Source: Anthoceros angustus
Lineage: Eukaryota > Plantae > Anthocerotophyta
Length of the DNA: 64,000 nt
Direction: 5' to 3'
NCBI GenBank assembly: GCA_010909165.1
Contig: MU008186.1
Span: 620,001-684,000 of the forward strand
Shown here: piece by piece, positions 36,945-48,971 of the stretch
Numbering within the stretch: position 1 is the first letter of the stretch
How the letters are laid out: each line of letters starts with the position of its first letter
Position numbers and translations under genes: made by a program
Notes under the pieces: model-generated
What the model was told of the DNA's origin: nothing
Seen by the model: only the letters and a program-made list of their open reading frames with translations
Databases searched by the model: none

Positions 36945-37140
36945 GCTCAAATCACTCTCCCTCTGCCTCCATGCCTCCCCAACTCCCTATGCAACGTTTC
37001 TAACATTTGAAATCTGTCCTGCCTCTCCAGCACTGAGTCTATCGAGCCATAGCCGAATATTCATACTCTTATATCTATGTGGAAATCTCGAATTCCAGAG
37101 AAGACCTCGGTGGAAATCGAGATTTGAGGCCGCATTCGCC

Positions 37141-37148
37141 TATATATG
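37141..37148 (+). promoter_or_regulatory. Candidate TATA box of SAUR copy 1
   Basis: gcctatatatgc ~98 bp upstream of the ATG, conserved in copy 2 at 39261. Confidence 0.55.
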
Positions 37149-37238
37149 CGAGGTGCCCCAGCTTCTCAAACCCAGCCCCGCATGCGCTCAAACGCAATTT
37201 ACATACGAGAGACTCAGTCAGGCCAAGCTCCCGGCGCT

Positions 37239-37661
37239 ATGGGGCGGGTGTCGAGGGCGCTCCAGCGCTTTCGGTCCGGCTTTCGCCGCAGCCTCTCGTC
37301 CTTGAGCTTGTCTTCTCCGAATTCGGCACGGGACCTCTGCTTCTTCGTGGGAGCGGAAGACGACGAGCAGGAGGAGAGCGTTGGCGAGTTGCAAGATGTG
37401 CCAGTGGGCTGCCTGGCCGTGGACGTCCAGGGGACGCGGTTCGTGGTTCCTGTCAAGTTTTTGAACCACGTCCTGTTCAAGGTGCTGCTGGACAGCTCTC
37501 TAACTGAGTTCGGGTACCGCCAGCCTGGGGCGTTGAAGATACCCTGCCCGGTCGATCTCTTTGCGCAGTTCCTCATCCTCATGGAAAACAAACCCAAGCG
37601 AGAGCTTGTCAAAAGGATCCAACGTTGGCAATGGAGCCACAGTGGATATGCCCTTGAATGA
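37239..37661 (+). CDS. SAUR: SAUR (small auxin-up RNA) family protein, 140 aa, intronless
   Basis: DVPVGCLAVDV..RFVVPVKFLNHVLFKVLL...EFGY...GALKIPC is the Auxin_inducible domain. Confidence 0.92.
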   Translation: MGRVSRALQRFRSGFRRSLSSLSLSSPNSARDLCFFVGAEDDEQEESVGELQDVPVGCLAVDVQGTRFVVPVKFLNHVLFKVLLDSSLTEFGYRQPGALKIPCPVDLFAQFLILMENKPKRELVKRIQRWQWSHSGYALE

Positions 37662-39353
37662 TGACATGATGGTCATGTAATAGACCTATCTGTGAAGTGG
37701 CTGACTAGGAGCTTCCCACCCCAGATTGTTCAAGGGTGGTGATTAGCATGTGAGTAAGGTGGGTTGTGTATGATCCTAGAACTATATTCATTTGTTCTAA
37801 GCTATGGCTCTTAATGGTATGTGGAGAGACCTTTGTTTATAAGGATTTCCCACCTTTTGCTCAAGAAATTGGACAGCAGGAATAACGACATCACATAGGT
37901 ATCCAGCGAGCGTGTATGCTAAGTCGCGAAGTGACAATGACAGGTTATGCTTTCTGCTTGCGTGTGGAATTCCACCGGGCACAAACACAAGCAAACTCAA
38001 AAATTTCACCACCCACAAACGCAAGCAAACATGAGAATTCCACCACGGAAAAACACAAGCACGCTTCGAACTACGTGACCATATAGATGAAAATCGAATC
38101 CACCAAGAACCTGCTTTGACGAATACCACCCGAAGTGCCTAAAATCTGAACATGAAAAAGCAGGATAGAACCTTGAGGCTGAAACTCAGAGCTACTAAAA
38201 CCTTGAAATCCACCTAGAACGAACACCAGCAGCAGTTCCTAAAACCTGAACCTGAAAAAGCAGGCTCGAACCGTTGGGCTACAATCAGAGGTAGGCGTCA
38301 GCCCTTCCTTCACCACAAAGAAAACCTCAGAGGCGCTACGACTTTGAGACCAAATAATTTAAACCCTTGGGACAGGGTTTAACAATCAAGCTCTTCACCA
38401 AGTGTGGCATCCTTCTTGGTGAAATCTTCGAGACGATAGCTCGTCAGCCACCAGCTCCACGACCAGCTTCGCAATCATGACCTGGAGAATTCATACCCCC
38501 GCATTCCGCGTCTGGAGGAAAAGTTGTTCTCGCAAGGTGGAAGCCGCGCTCGTCGTTCAACACAAAAACAGCAATTTTGTTCACTCCGCTGGTCAGGCAG
38601 AGTGTGACGATGTGCCCAGCAGTGTTGGTTGTTTGGTAGCTTGGGGGATACAATGACCACGATTTATTGATCGATCCACCGTCTGCAATCTGGATTGATG
38701 TTGAACCGCAGTTGTGCTGCCACCCTGTCATGACGAAGCTACTGCAACTGAGGCTGCCTCTCGTGGTTTGTAGACATAGGCGAGAAGGCAATCAGTTTAT
38801 GTCGACACTTCAAGGCCTCAGCCAGGCACCACGCCAGATGCTTTATTTCAAATCTCATGCATGCGAGCTTGATCTGGGAAGTATTAAAGACCCATCTCAC
38901 TAAAGTGACAGACGCACGACCCGTCGCGCTGCTCTGGGCAGCTGGGTGTTGCAACGAGACTCATCGTAATCCCCTGCAATGGCAGAAAACTGTCCCTGCC
39001 GGACAGTTTTAACATTAACATCCGCAACTGGACTTGTTCTCTCCTGCTCTCCTCTCCAGGGGTGAGTCTCTCGAGCCTGCACAAAATATTGACTCTCGCG
39101 CTATCGAACTCAGTCTAGGACGCCCCGCGCGCCCTTAGGTGAGCACGAGAAGGAACCCCTAGGCAAAGCCGTAGGCAAATAGTCCTACTCTTACATCCAT
39201 GTGAAATCTCGAATTCCAGAAAAGATCTCTGCAGATCGAGATTTGAGGCCTGGATCCGCCTATATATGCCAGGCGCCCCAGCTTCTCAAACCCTCTCCGC
39301 ATGAGCTGACACGCCAAGTACAGGCGAGCGACTCAGGCCAATCTCCCGGCGCC

Positions 39354-39779
39354 ATGGGGCGAGTGTCGAGGGCGCTTCTGCGCTTTGGGTCCGGCTTTCG
39401 ACGCAGCCTCTCGTCCTTGAGCTTATCTTCTCCGAGTTCGGCACGGGCCCTCTGCTTCTTCGTGGGCGCGGAAGAAGACGAGCAGGAGGAGAGCGTTGGC
39501 GAGTTGCAAGATGTGCCAGCGGGCTGCCTGGCCGTGGACGTCCAGGGGACGCGGTTCGTGGTTCCTGTCAAGTTTTTGGACCACGTCCTGTTCAAGGTGC
39601 TGCTGGACAGCTCGCGAATGAAGTTCGGGTACCGTCAGCCTGGGGCGTTGAAGATACCCTGCCCGGTCGATCTCTTCGCGCAGTTCATCCTCATGGAAAA
39701 CAAGCACAAGCCCAAGCAAAAGCTTGTAAAAAAACTGGATCGTTGGCAGTCCAATCACGGTCGTAGTGCCCTTGAATGA
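39354..39779 (+). CDS. SAUR: SAUR family protein, tandem paralog, 141 aa
   Basis: Same domain. Promoter, CDS and start of the 3' UTR are homologous to copy 1. Confidence 0.92.
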   Translation: MGRVSRALLRFGSGFRRSLSSLSLSSPSSARALCFFVGAEEDEQEESVGELQDVPAGCLAVDVQGTRFVVPVKFLDHVLFKVLLDSSRMKFGYRQPGALKIPCPVDLFAQFILMENKHKPKQKLVKKLDRWQSNHGRSALE

Positions 39780-40613
39780 CATCATGCTCATGTCATAGAC
39801 CTATCTGTTTCCACGGTGGGCAGATGCAGCTATGTACTAAGTATCCTCCGACGCATTGTGGATCTTCCTATTAGATTTTCTGTAGGACAGTATTGGGAAG
39901 ATTTTGAGGATCTCAGTCAGACAGGTATTATGTGATGTACCTAAGTTTTTGTTATAAAAAGTTTTTTTTGATGTCAAGTTTTTATCCTTGTGATATATAA
40001 TTGTATTGTTTTTGGATCTAGTATTATTATAATACTCACAACAAAAGATCACCTCAACTTATACTAACATCCCTCAATACACGTTCGACTAACTGCTAGG
40101 TCTACCATTCTGATTATCATAATAGCTTTTTCCTTTCAACCATTTATGTATGTAAACTTTTCATTTGTGTAGTTTGATATCAGACTCTGGTTATCACGAT
40201 TCGTAACCCCGTATCCTCCTATTGCCTTCCCATCCTTCAATAATCGTTGCCATTCACTCGACACCATCTCAACAAAGGAAAGACAAAACTCCCGGTTCCC
40301 TTAAATGTTGAACAATATGGTCTCATAAGGAATCTGAACCAACTAACGGTCAGCTAATGCAAAGGAGAATCAGACGAAGACGATCGAGGACAGGAAAAAG
40401 TGATATCGCAAGGACAGAGCACAGGAGAACCTAATATTGCAAGCTCAGAGCACAAACAGACTACTCCAGTATGCTTGTCACGCTCACGACCTGAACCAAT
40501 ATCCAGCACTTACAACCGGAGGCTGACTCCGGTGCCAACAAAATATGAGCTGCACTGAGTAATAAGTGAGAACAGCATAACCGTGTGAGAGACAATGACT
40601 TTTTTCAAAGTGG

Positions 40614-42119
40614 TCACCTTGAAACATCTCGTGGAACCTCAACCCACCCAGGGTCTTCTGACTCTTCTGACTGCGCAGCCGAGGCTGCTCCCGCTGGTCC
40701 TGCTGAAGCTTCTCCTGAACCGTCTCCTCGTCCACGCGAGGCTTTAGGTCCAGGGGACGCTTCGGGCTGTCTAACAACCTGAATTGCTTCTTCTGTGGCG
40801 CGATAAACTGTTCAAATGCAGCATCAACATATTACAACAATCAGAACCCGCACCCCCTCCTGCTGCACAGGCCCACATAGGAGCAAACTGGTAAATGCTC
40901 ACCTGCAACAGCAATTTTTCGAACTGTTCGCTTGACCGCCTGAATTTCAGGTTGGTGACGCACGATCAACTTGTTCTGGACAGACAAAAGTACCGGTTCA
41001 ATCAAGTTGGAGGCCCACCTGTGAGGTGCGAGCAATCCAGTCAAAAACTTGCTGAGTGGGACTAACTACCACATCAGAGCGAGTGCCGTCAAGTAGTCTG
41101 TCGAGCCTGGTCTGATGCTTGAGAAAAATTGGACGTAATACCCGGATGTAGAATGTCCTTGCTCCCTGTTTAGGCAAACGAGGATTACAAGCGGGGGTCA
41201 AAACTTTCCCAAACAGAAGAAACTTCAATTAAGTTTTTGAGAACTTAAAACACAACTCACATAGTTGTTCGGAAGCTGCAGCCACACAAGAATTGCAAAC
41301 TTGGCATGATAATACAAGGGAAACCTACACAAAGTTCACACACCGCTCAGAAAACCTAGAAAGCAAAATAGGGCAAGGCATTCGACGAGGGACGGGAAGT
41401 ACCAAGATAGGAGCGTGTCAGAGAAGATTTCAGCAATGCTGAAACATCCAAAAGCTGCACAATCAACAGAGGACATCCACAGGATCAGCTCAGCTTCTGA
41501 GCTGATCTTCATGATTCTACAAACCCCAAAACCACCCACTCCAGTCACGCGAGCTGTTAAACTCTTCCTCCCTTGCTCCTCTCTCTAACCAGAACACGGA
41601 ATAGATATGAAAGACGAATACCAGCCCAATACACCAGCCATTGCTCCTGCTCCTTCGAATCTTTGCGTTCTATAGCCCTAAAAGTCGAATACACAGGAAC
41701 CCCAACGCCAACCACGGTGCTGCAACAGAAACAAGAGCACGGTCAAGACCCTGCATCGAGGCTATTCACACAATGGCAGCTGTCAACCAGTTGACCAAAG
41801 CAAGGACTACGTTTGTTCAGCAAACAATCAAAAGCCCGATTTGGCCACACAACAGGCGAGCTTAAAACAGCTTACACACCAAGCGGTCCTGAACACAATA
41901 GTTGAGGCTGGAGGCGACAGCAGGAGCCGTAGTCCGATCTGCACAGATTCAGAAAACCTCAACCCGTGCCACCGAGCAGCTAGCGTGCTTGAGGGACATA
42001 CCATCGCTCCAAATCTCCGCGAAATCCCAAACCTCTGCCTTCTCTGACCAATTCAGCCCGGCTTGGTTGCCCACACAAACACTCACCTCAGAAGCAAGTG
42101 CCGTCCCAAGTAACGCCAT
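40614..42119 (-). CDS. HVA22K: HVA22-like protein k (TB2/DP1/HVA22 family), 8 exons, 222 aa
   Basis: Exons 42119-42087, 41938-41880, 41719-41622, 41454-41403, 41324-41261, 41165-41070, 40975-40903 and 40807-40614 sum to 669 nt with consistent phases. Translation: MALLGTALASE|IGLRLLL..PVYSTFRAIE..QWLVYWA..FPLYYHAKFAILVWLQLP..LRPIFLKHQTRLD. Confidence 0.92.
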
Positions 42120-42282
42120 GATCTTGCTCACCAAATGAAACCTTTGTCACCACCCCGGTCCCGACCAGGCTTGTAGAAATTCAGCACACATATCCTCCCG
42201 TGCAACGCTTCCAGGCACACACTTCGCACCCCACTTGGGCGCACCAGACTTCCCCAACTGCCAGATTTGGAGCGCATGCAAG

Positions 42283-43890
42283 CCTGGATCGGGGGAGGAG
42301 AGATTTCTTTAGGAGGGTGTGCTTCCTCACCTCTCACCCAGAGAGGAGCAAATAAGGAAGCTGTGCTTTCTTTCTTGAAATTATCACATTTTAAATTTCT
42401 AACCTAAGGAAGTAGCTTCTTGAGCAGCCTGCCAAGCGTTTGGCCTCGTTAGGTGAAAATTTAAATTGTGATAATTTCAAAGAAAACCCTAGATCGGGGG
42501 AGGAGAGATCTTTTTAGGAGGGTGTGCTTCCTCACCCCTCACCCGAGAGGAGCAAATAAAGAAGCTGTGCTTTCCTTCTTGAAATTATAACATCTTAAAT
42601 TTCTAACCTAATGAAGTAGCTTCTGAGCAGCTGCCTCGTAGGTGAAAATTTAAGTTGTGATCATTTCAAAGAAAAGCCTGGATCGGGGAGGAGAGATCTC
42701 TTTAGGAGGGTGTGCTTCCTCACCTCTCACCCAGAGAGCAAAATAAGGAAGTTGCTTTTTTCTTGAAATTATCACATTTAAATTTCTAACCTAAGGAAGT
42801 AGCTTCTGAGCAGCCTGCCAAGCGTTTGGCCTCGTTAGGTGAAAATTTAAATTGTGATAATTTCAAAGAAAACCTAGATCGGGGAGGAGATCTTTAGAGG
42901 GTGTGCTTCCTCACCCCTCACCCGAGAGGAGCAAATAAAGAAGCTGTGCTTTCCTTCTTGAAATTATAACATCTTAAATTTCTAACCTAATGAAGTAGCT
43001 TCTTGAGCAGCCTGCCAAGCGTTCGGCCTCGTTAGGTGAAAATTTAAGTTGTGATCATTTCAAAGAAAAGCCTGGATCGGGGGAGGAGAGATCTCTTTAG
43101 GAGGGTGTGCTTCCTCACCCCTCGGCCTCGTTAGGTGAAAATTTAAGTTGTGATAATTTCAAAGAAAACCCTAGATCGGGGGAGGAGAGATCTCTTTAGG
43201 AGGGTATGCTTCCTCACCCCTCACCCGAGAGGAGCAAGTAAGGAAGCTGTGCTTTCCTTCTTGAAATTATCACATCTTAAATTTCTAACCTAATGAAGTA
43301 GCTGCTTGAGCAGCCTGCCAAGCGTTTGGCCTCGTTAGGTGAAAATTTAAGTTGTGATCATTTCAAAGAAAAGCCTGGATCGGGGGAGGAGAGATCTGTT
43401 TAGGAGGGTGTGCTTCCTCACCCCTCGGCCTCGTTAGGTGAAAATTTAAGTTGTGATAATTTCAAAGAAAACCCTAGATCGGGGGAGGAGAGATCTCTTT
43501 AGGAGGGTATGCTTCCTCACCCCTCACCCGAGAGGAGCAAGTAAGGAAGCTGTGCTTTCCTTCTTGAAATTATCACATCTTAAATTTCTAACCTAATGAA
43601 GTAGCCGCTGACCTGCCGCTTGGCCTCGTTAGGTGAAAATTTAAGTTGTGATCATTTCAAAGAAAAGCCTGGATCGGGGGAGGAGAGATCTGTTTAGGAG
43701 GGTGTTCTTCCTCACCCCTCACCCGAGAGGAGCAAATAAGGAAGTTGTCAAATAACGAAGCTGTTTTTTTCTTTCTTGAAATTATCACCATCTCAAATTT
43801 CCAACCTAATGAAGTAGCTGCTTGAGCAGCCTGCCAAGTGTTTGGCATCGTTAGTTAAAATTTAAGTTGTGCTAATTTCAAAGAAAGAAA
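42283..43890. repeat. Tandem satellite of 9 units (7 of ~200 bp, 2 of ~99 bp); the long units are internally palindromic
   Basis: Units start at gatcggggg near 42287, 42492, 42681, 42878, 43075, 43174, 43378, 43477 and 43672. Arms are ttgaaattatcacat..aaatttctaacctaa and ttaggtgaaaattt..gtgataatttcaa. Confidence 0.92.
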
Positions 43891-44497
43891 ACACAGCTTC
43901 TTCCTTTACTCCTCCGGGGTGAGGAAGCACAGCCTCTTCAATAGGTCTCCACCTGGTACAGGCTTGCATGCGTCCAAATCTGGCAATTGGGAAAGTCTGG
44001 TGCGCAGAAGTGAATTGCAAAGTGTCTGCCTGGAACCGTTGCATGGGAGGATATGTGTGCTGAATTTCTACAAGCCTCGTCGGGACCGGGGTGGCTACAA
44101 AGGTTTCATGGTTTCATTTGGTGAGCAAGATCATGGCATTGGCTGGTAGAGACTGGGGTGGTCACAAAGGTTTCATTTGGTGAGCAAGATCATAGTATTG
44201 GCTGGTAGAGACTGGGGTGGTCACAAAGGTTTCATTTGGTGAGCAAGATCATGGCATTGGCTGGTAGAGACTGGGGTGGTCCCAAAGGTTTCATTTGGTG
44301 AGCAAGATCATGGCGTTGCCTGGTCGGGACCGAGGTAGTGAAAAAGGTTTCATTTGGTGAGCAAGGTCATGGCGTTGCCGGAGACGGCACTTGCTACTAA
44401 GGTGAGTGTTTGTGTGAGCAACCGAGCCGGGCTGAATTGGTCGGAAGAGAAGGCAAAGGTTTGGGATTTCGCGGAGTTTTGGGGCGATGGTATGTGT
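43890..44497 (+). pseudogene. Inverted duplicate of the HVA22K promoter, exon 1 and part of intron 1, with ~59-bp tandem repeats (44110-44380)
   Basis: Reverse complement of ~41995-42380, including atggcgttgccggagacggcacttgctactaag|gtgagt. Confidence 0.85.
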
Positions 44498-44553
44498 CCA
44501 ATGATGATGAAGGATTCATTTAAGTAGCTCTCTTGGACGGAATTCTCCATCGT

Positions 44554-44941
44554 GGGACTTGTACCTAACAACTTGTACCATATTGTGCCTAACCGAGGGC
44601 ATCCATTTCGTTTAGCTTCATAGTGTGCCTAAGCTAGGGCATCCATTTCGTTTAGGCCCACAGTATGCCTAAGCTAGGGCATCCACTCCATTTAGGCACC
44701 CGATCTAAGCGCAGGACGCTAAGCAATGGTGTGTGTACAATGCCTTAGGCCAAATGAACGTATACATATAAGAAGCTAGCTCTCATAAATGTGTGTACAA
44801 TGCTTTAGGCCAAATGAACACATATATATAAGAACCGTTAAACATCCTTGGGTAGTATCTTGGGCTTCGATCGATACTTAGATGGGGTGCTTAGAGAGAG
44901 TGGATAGCTTAGGCACACCATGGTACAAATTGTCAAGTCCC
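44554..44941. mobile_element. MITE-like element
   Basis: Imperfect TIRs gggacttgtacctaacaacttgtaccat and atggtacaaattgtcaagtccc, with internal subrepeats. Related to 4278-4452 and 5965-6150. Confidence 0.55.
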
Positions 44942-45186
44942 ATTAGGTGTAAGAAAATTCCATGGACTAACTCTGCACTACAAATGAAATGGAGAGCTGC
45001 AATCTGTTGGGTGGAAACACATGGGACGACCAACGGTTTTTTAAACATGATCGTAAAATGGTTTTTCACAACCGTGAGAGCCTGGTAAGCAATGGTGGAG
45101 GAGAATGGAGGCGAACCCAAGTGCAGATGAAGTAGACTATAAGACAAAAGACAAACCTAACTATGTACCAGTCTATGGCATAACCA

Positions 45187-45905
45187 TCAACACAAATGTG
45201 GTAGTAGGCGAGGAGTTGCAATAGCTCCAACATCAACCAATTGCAACCTGGCGCAAAATAAGCCAGAACTCTCCGAGATGTCCACCTCTTCTGGCTTCAC
45301 ACTTGGAGGAAGGGACCAATTGAAACTTTGGAGGAGCCTGGCGAGTGTAATCTGCATAAGAGTCATTGCCAAGGCAACCTCTTCTCCCAGCACCGAATGG
45401 CAGCAGCTGATAGGGCTGCCCTCTTACATCCTCATATCGGGTTCCATTGCAATAGAAAACCATATCTTGCTTATGTTCACAAGAATAATGAGGAAGGAAA
45501 TACAAGCAGCTTCATGTGATGTGTTTTGGACAGTGAGAAGTATACACTTGCCGAGGAATCTGTCGGGAGAAAAGTGAAGAGGATTTTTCCCAAAAGCTAG
45601 ATCATGTCCCATGGCCCAAACCAATATTGATGACACCATTGTGCTTTTAGGGGTATCGCTGTCTATGAGCTTGGTCCTCACCTCTGATTTATGCGCCACC
45701 AACAAAGGACCCAGTGGATGCAACCGAAGAGTCTCCTTCACAATAGCAAACAAGTCCTTAGGTTTGCCAGATCCAACTCCATCACTCTACTGCCCGTCCC
45801 TACAACACAATCTATTTCTTCCTGTGCTTTTCTCAGCACTTGAGGATGACGTAAGATCTCAAGCATCGCCCAGTCAGCTACAATTGCCGTAGTGTTGGAC
45901 CATGG
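45187..45905 (-). pseudogene. CYP71-clan P450 pseudogene (3' half, a third type)
   Basis: [51 protein letters not shown] and PRLLPHLC. Frameshifts; no 5' half. Confidence 0.85.
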
Positions 45906-46430
45906 AGAAATTGGTAGATCATCGCTGGCACACGCCGTTGTCCAGGCTATGAATGCCCTACACACGGGATATTCGAGGATCAATCCACCGCTGAAGCACC
46001 AATATCTTTGAATGGCAACTTCAGCGTCCCAAGCGAATGGCATCCCGTGGCAAGATTTTACGATTTTTCCGTAACTTTTGAGGGATTTCTACTGCATCGC
46101 GCACACCCGTGCTTGGGAGGCGGGCGCGCCAGCACGGGGCCAACTACTGCATTTACATGGCCATGCTCAGGCACCGGCGCACGGCGCTAGTAAAATGCCG
46201 ATTGGGAATCCGACCCTCATGCCTGACGAAGCATCACAACTTACATGTTCACCTTGGGAGGCTCAGCCGTATCATGGTCAAGCAAAAAGCTTGCTACCAT
46301 TTTCGCATCTAGCACCGAGAGTGAATACGGTGCCCTGTCAAAGGCTGGCTTGCATCTTCTTGAAGACCTTGGCCACCCACAAGCTGACCCTACCATTCTG
46401 CATTATGACAACATTGCAACCATTGCTCTA

Positions 46431-48971
46431 AACACGATATCTTGTGAAGGGGGTGAATATTCACGAAGGGGGTTTTCCGAAAAATATCTCCTGAAGGGGG
46501 TTTGACATGGGTCTTGAACTCGTGGTTTTAGAGGTATGAATGAATATAAGGCGTAAAAGAAGGGGTGGAAATTCCTTTGAACCGTTGATACAAGGTCCAT
46601 TTCATGCCAGTGAAGGGGTGCAAGAGGTAACCCTATTTGGGGTGCATTTAAGACCCATGACAAGGGCCATTCGCATTATGACAACATTGCAACCATTGCT
46701 CTAAACACGATATCTTGTGAAGGGGGGTGAATATTCACGAAGGGGTTTTCAAAAATATCTCTCAAGGGGTTTGACATGGGTCTTGAACTCGTGGTTTTAG
46801 AGGTATGAATGAATATAAGGCGAAAAGAAGGGGTGGACAAATTCCTTTGAACCGTTGATACAAGGTCCATTTCATGCAAGGGTTATGGTGCAAGAGGTAA
46901 CCCTATTTGGGGTGCATTTAAGACCCATGACAAGGGCCATTGCCGGCCATCGCGGTCTTTCTCGCACAACAACCCTAAAGATTCGTAAAAGCACGGTGAT
47001 CAAAATTGGATGAGAGGCGAACCACGATGGCGGGAGCAAAAGCATGTCGAGGAGTAGGGCGCCGGCCGGCGCCTTTCCGGCATTGCGATGATGCCTTGAA
47101 AGGCGAGAGTAGCAGCCCATAGCGGATGTGTGTACAAAAGACTTTGGGGTGTGGGTGGGTGGGTGGCTTCGCACACCCTCAATTGTGCCCGCAAATATAA
47201 TCACATGGTTCACTGATCGCAATCGATGAATGAAGAAAAGTGTGGGGCAACGTTCCCGCCAACATATCGCAGAAAAACATGCCCGCATGGCTCATCGTGT
47301 GTTGCCCGTTAGTATGCCGCAATGCCGAGCGCAACTACCACCACACTCCCACATGTCCTTCCGCATGTAATGGAAAAAGGCTTGAACATTGGAAGTTATT
47401 AAGCATGGGAAGTCTACTCACAAGAGAATGCCACAACCAAATTCCTATCATGGGCCTAGACTCTTTTCGAAATATGTCTGCGCTTGGAATGTGCACTCCA
47501 AACTACAGTGAATTGAGCTTCACGCATAACCTCACCAATTGCCCGCTGAAGATGACCTAACATTCGTGAGGGTTTCCTATTCTTCGCCGACTCCACGCCA
47601 TCATCTTCATGGGCACGACATCATGACCATCATCTTCACTATCCTCGGTGGCACTTTGACTCACTGGTTGAATAAAGCCTCGCAATTCAATTAAGTTATT
47701 CTTGATTGCCTTCTTATCCACAGTACAAATGTTTCCGCCAAGTTGAACTCATAATAGAGGATGACCGCTTTGGTGAACAAAACCTCTACTTACACGATCT
47801 ATTTCACGATGCCTCAAAGTAATGCTATGCTTCACGCTTTGGTGGGTACCGAACATGCCCATATATTCTTCGAGAACGAAGCACATAGTACAAGATTTAA
47901 TGAATGAATGAAAATAGGTCCATAGGTGTTTTTGAAAATGTGTGCAACCATGGCATGAGAGGAGTTTCAATATACACATCCATAAAGAGAACGCCGCGCC
48001 TCCCCAACAAAACCTTGTACATGGCGCGGCCGCGCCTTCCCCAACAAGCCTTGTACATGGCGCGGCCGGCCGCCTTCCCCAACAAGTTGTACATGGGCGC
48101 CGGCCGGCGCCTTCCCCAACAAGCCTTGTACATGGGCTGCCATTGATAAAATAAATAATTAGTGCTTCTCATGTGTTTCAACCTAGGATAGTTACTCAAG
48201 TGGTTTGGAAACAATGTGTGGGTGAGTAGGTCATGGGTTTGAATAGAGATAAAAACTTCTTGTTGATTTTATGGGCGCATGGGCACGGCCATTTAAGGGC
48301 GCTAGCATGCCCCTCTATTGAGGCTGACTTGAGGTGTGCAGGATATATTCCACAACGGATCCATGGGTATGAGGTTTTGCCAGATGCTGACGAAGAATTG
48401 ACATTAGAGGCCCACCGCAGAGGGCTTGCACTGGGCAAAGGAGGTGTGTATCAACGAGAAGGACTCTTTGAAAGCGCAGGTGGTTTCTTTGAATGCTCGT
48501 CGGCTGAAGACCAAAACTGGGGAGGACTGAACGAAGACTCAAGGGCTTTGGGCGAGAACGATAGCTTTGATGAACGGAACTGAGCGGATTCAAATTTGGT
48601 CATCGTGATGGATTGAGTCCGCTCTAGCACCCGATGAGTCACAAGTTAGTCATAGAGAGTAGGTTTACGGTAGGCACCTAGATGTGCTTCTTCTCTGTTC
48701 GTAATAACTTTTGGACCCGTTGTAGTGAGGCAATTGATGATCTCATTTTCCCTCTTCCTCAAAAAGCAAGGCGCCTACCCGCCTTCCCTTGGATTTGTTG
48801 TCTTTGTGTGTTGGAAACGGGTTTTCATGATAACTACTCGTTGAAAAACGGTCGACCTTTCTTGAAAACGAGGCAAAACGTATATTTCGGGACTGTGTGG
48901 AATGTGCTAAGAGGGTTTCCATGTCACAGAAGGGGGTTCGGATATTCACCCCCTTCGAAAGATATCGTGTT
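46431..48971. mobile_element. Non-autonomous TIR DNA transposon with 4-bp TSD (TCTA)
   Basis: TIRs aacacgatatcttgtgaagggggtgaatat and atattcacccccttcgaaagatatcgtgtt. TCTA at 46427-46430 and 48972-48975. Removing the element restores the Copia codons IAL-TK. Confidence 0.8.
47990..48140. repeat. Minisatellite (~37-40 bp x4) inside the TIR element
   Basis: ccttccccaacaagccttgtacatggcgcggcc repeated. Confidence 0.8.

Noticed and set aside
37800-39180. Possible TE or solo LTR between the SAUR genes
   Set aside because: No termini, TSD or coding motif could be identified.
42283-43890. CRISPR-like array of palindromic repeats
   Set aside because: No unique spacers, ~200-bp units, eukaryotic context and no cas genes.
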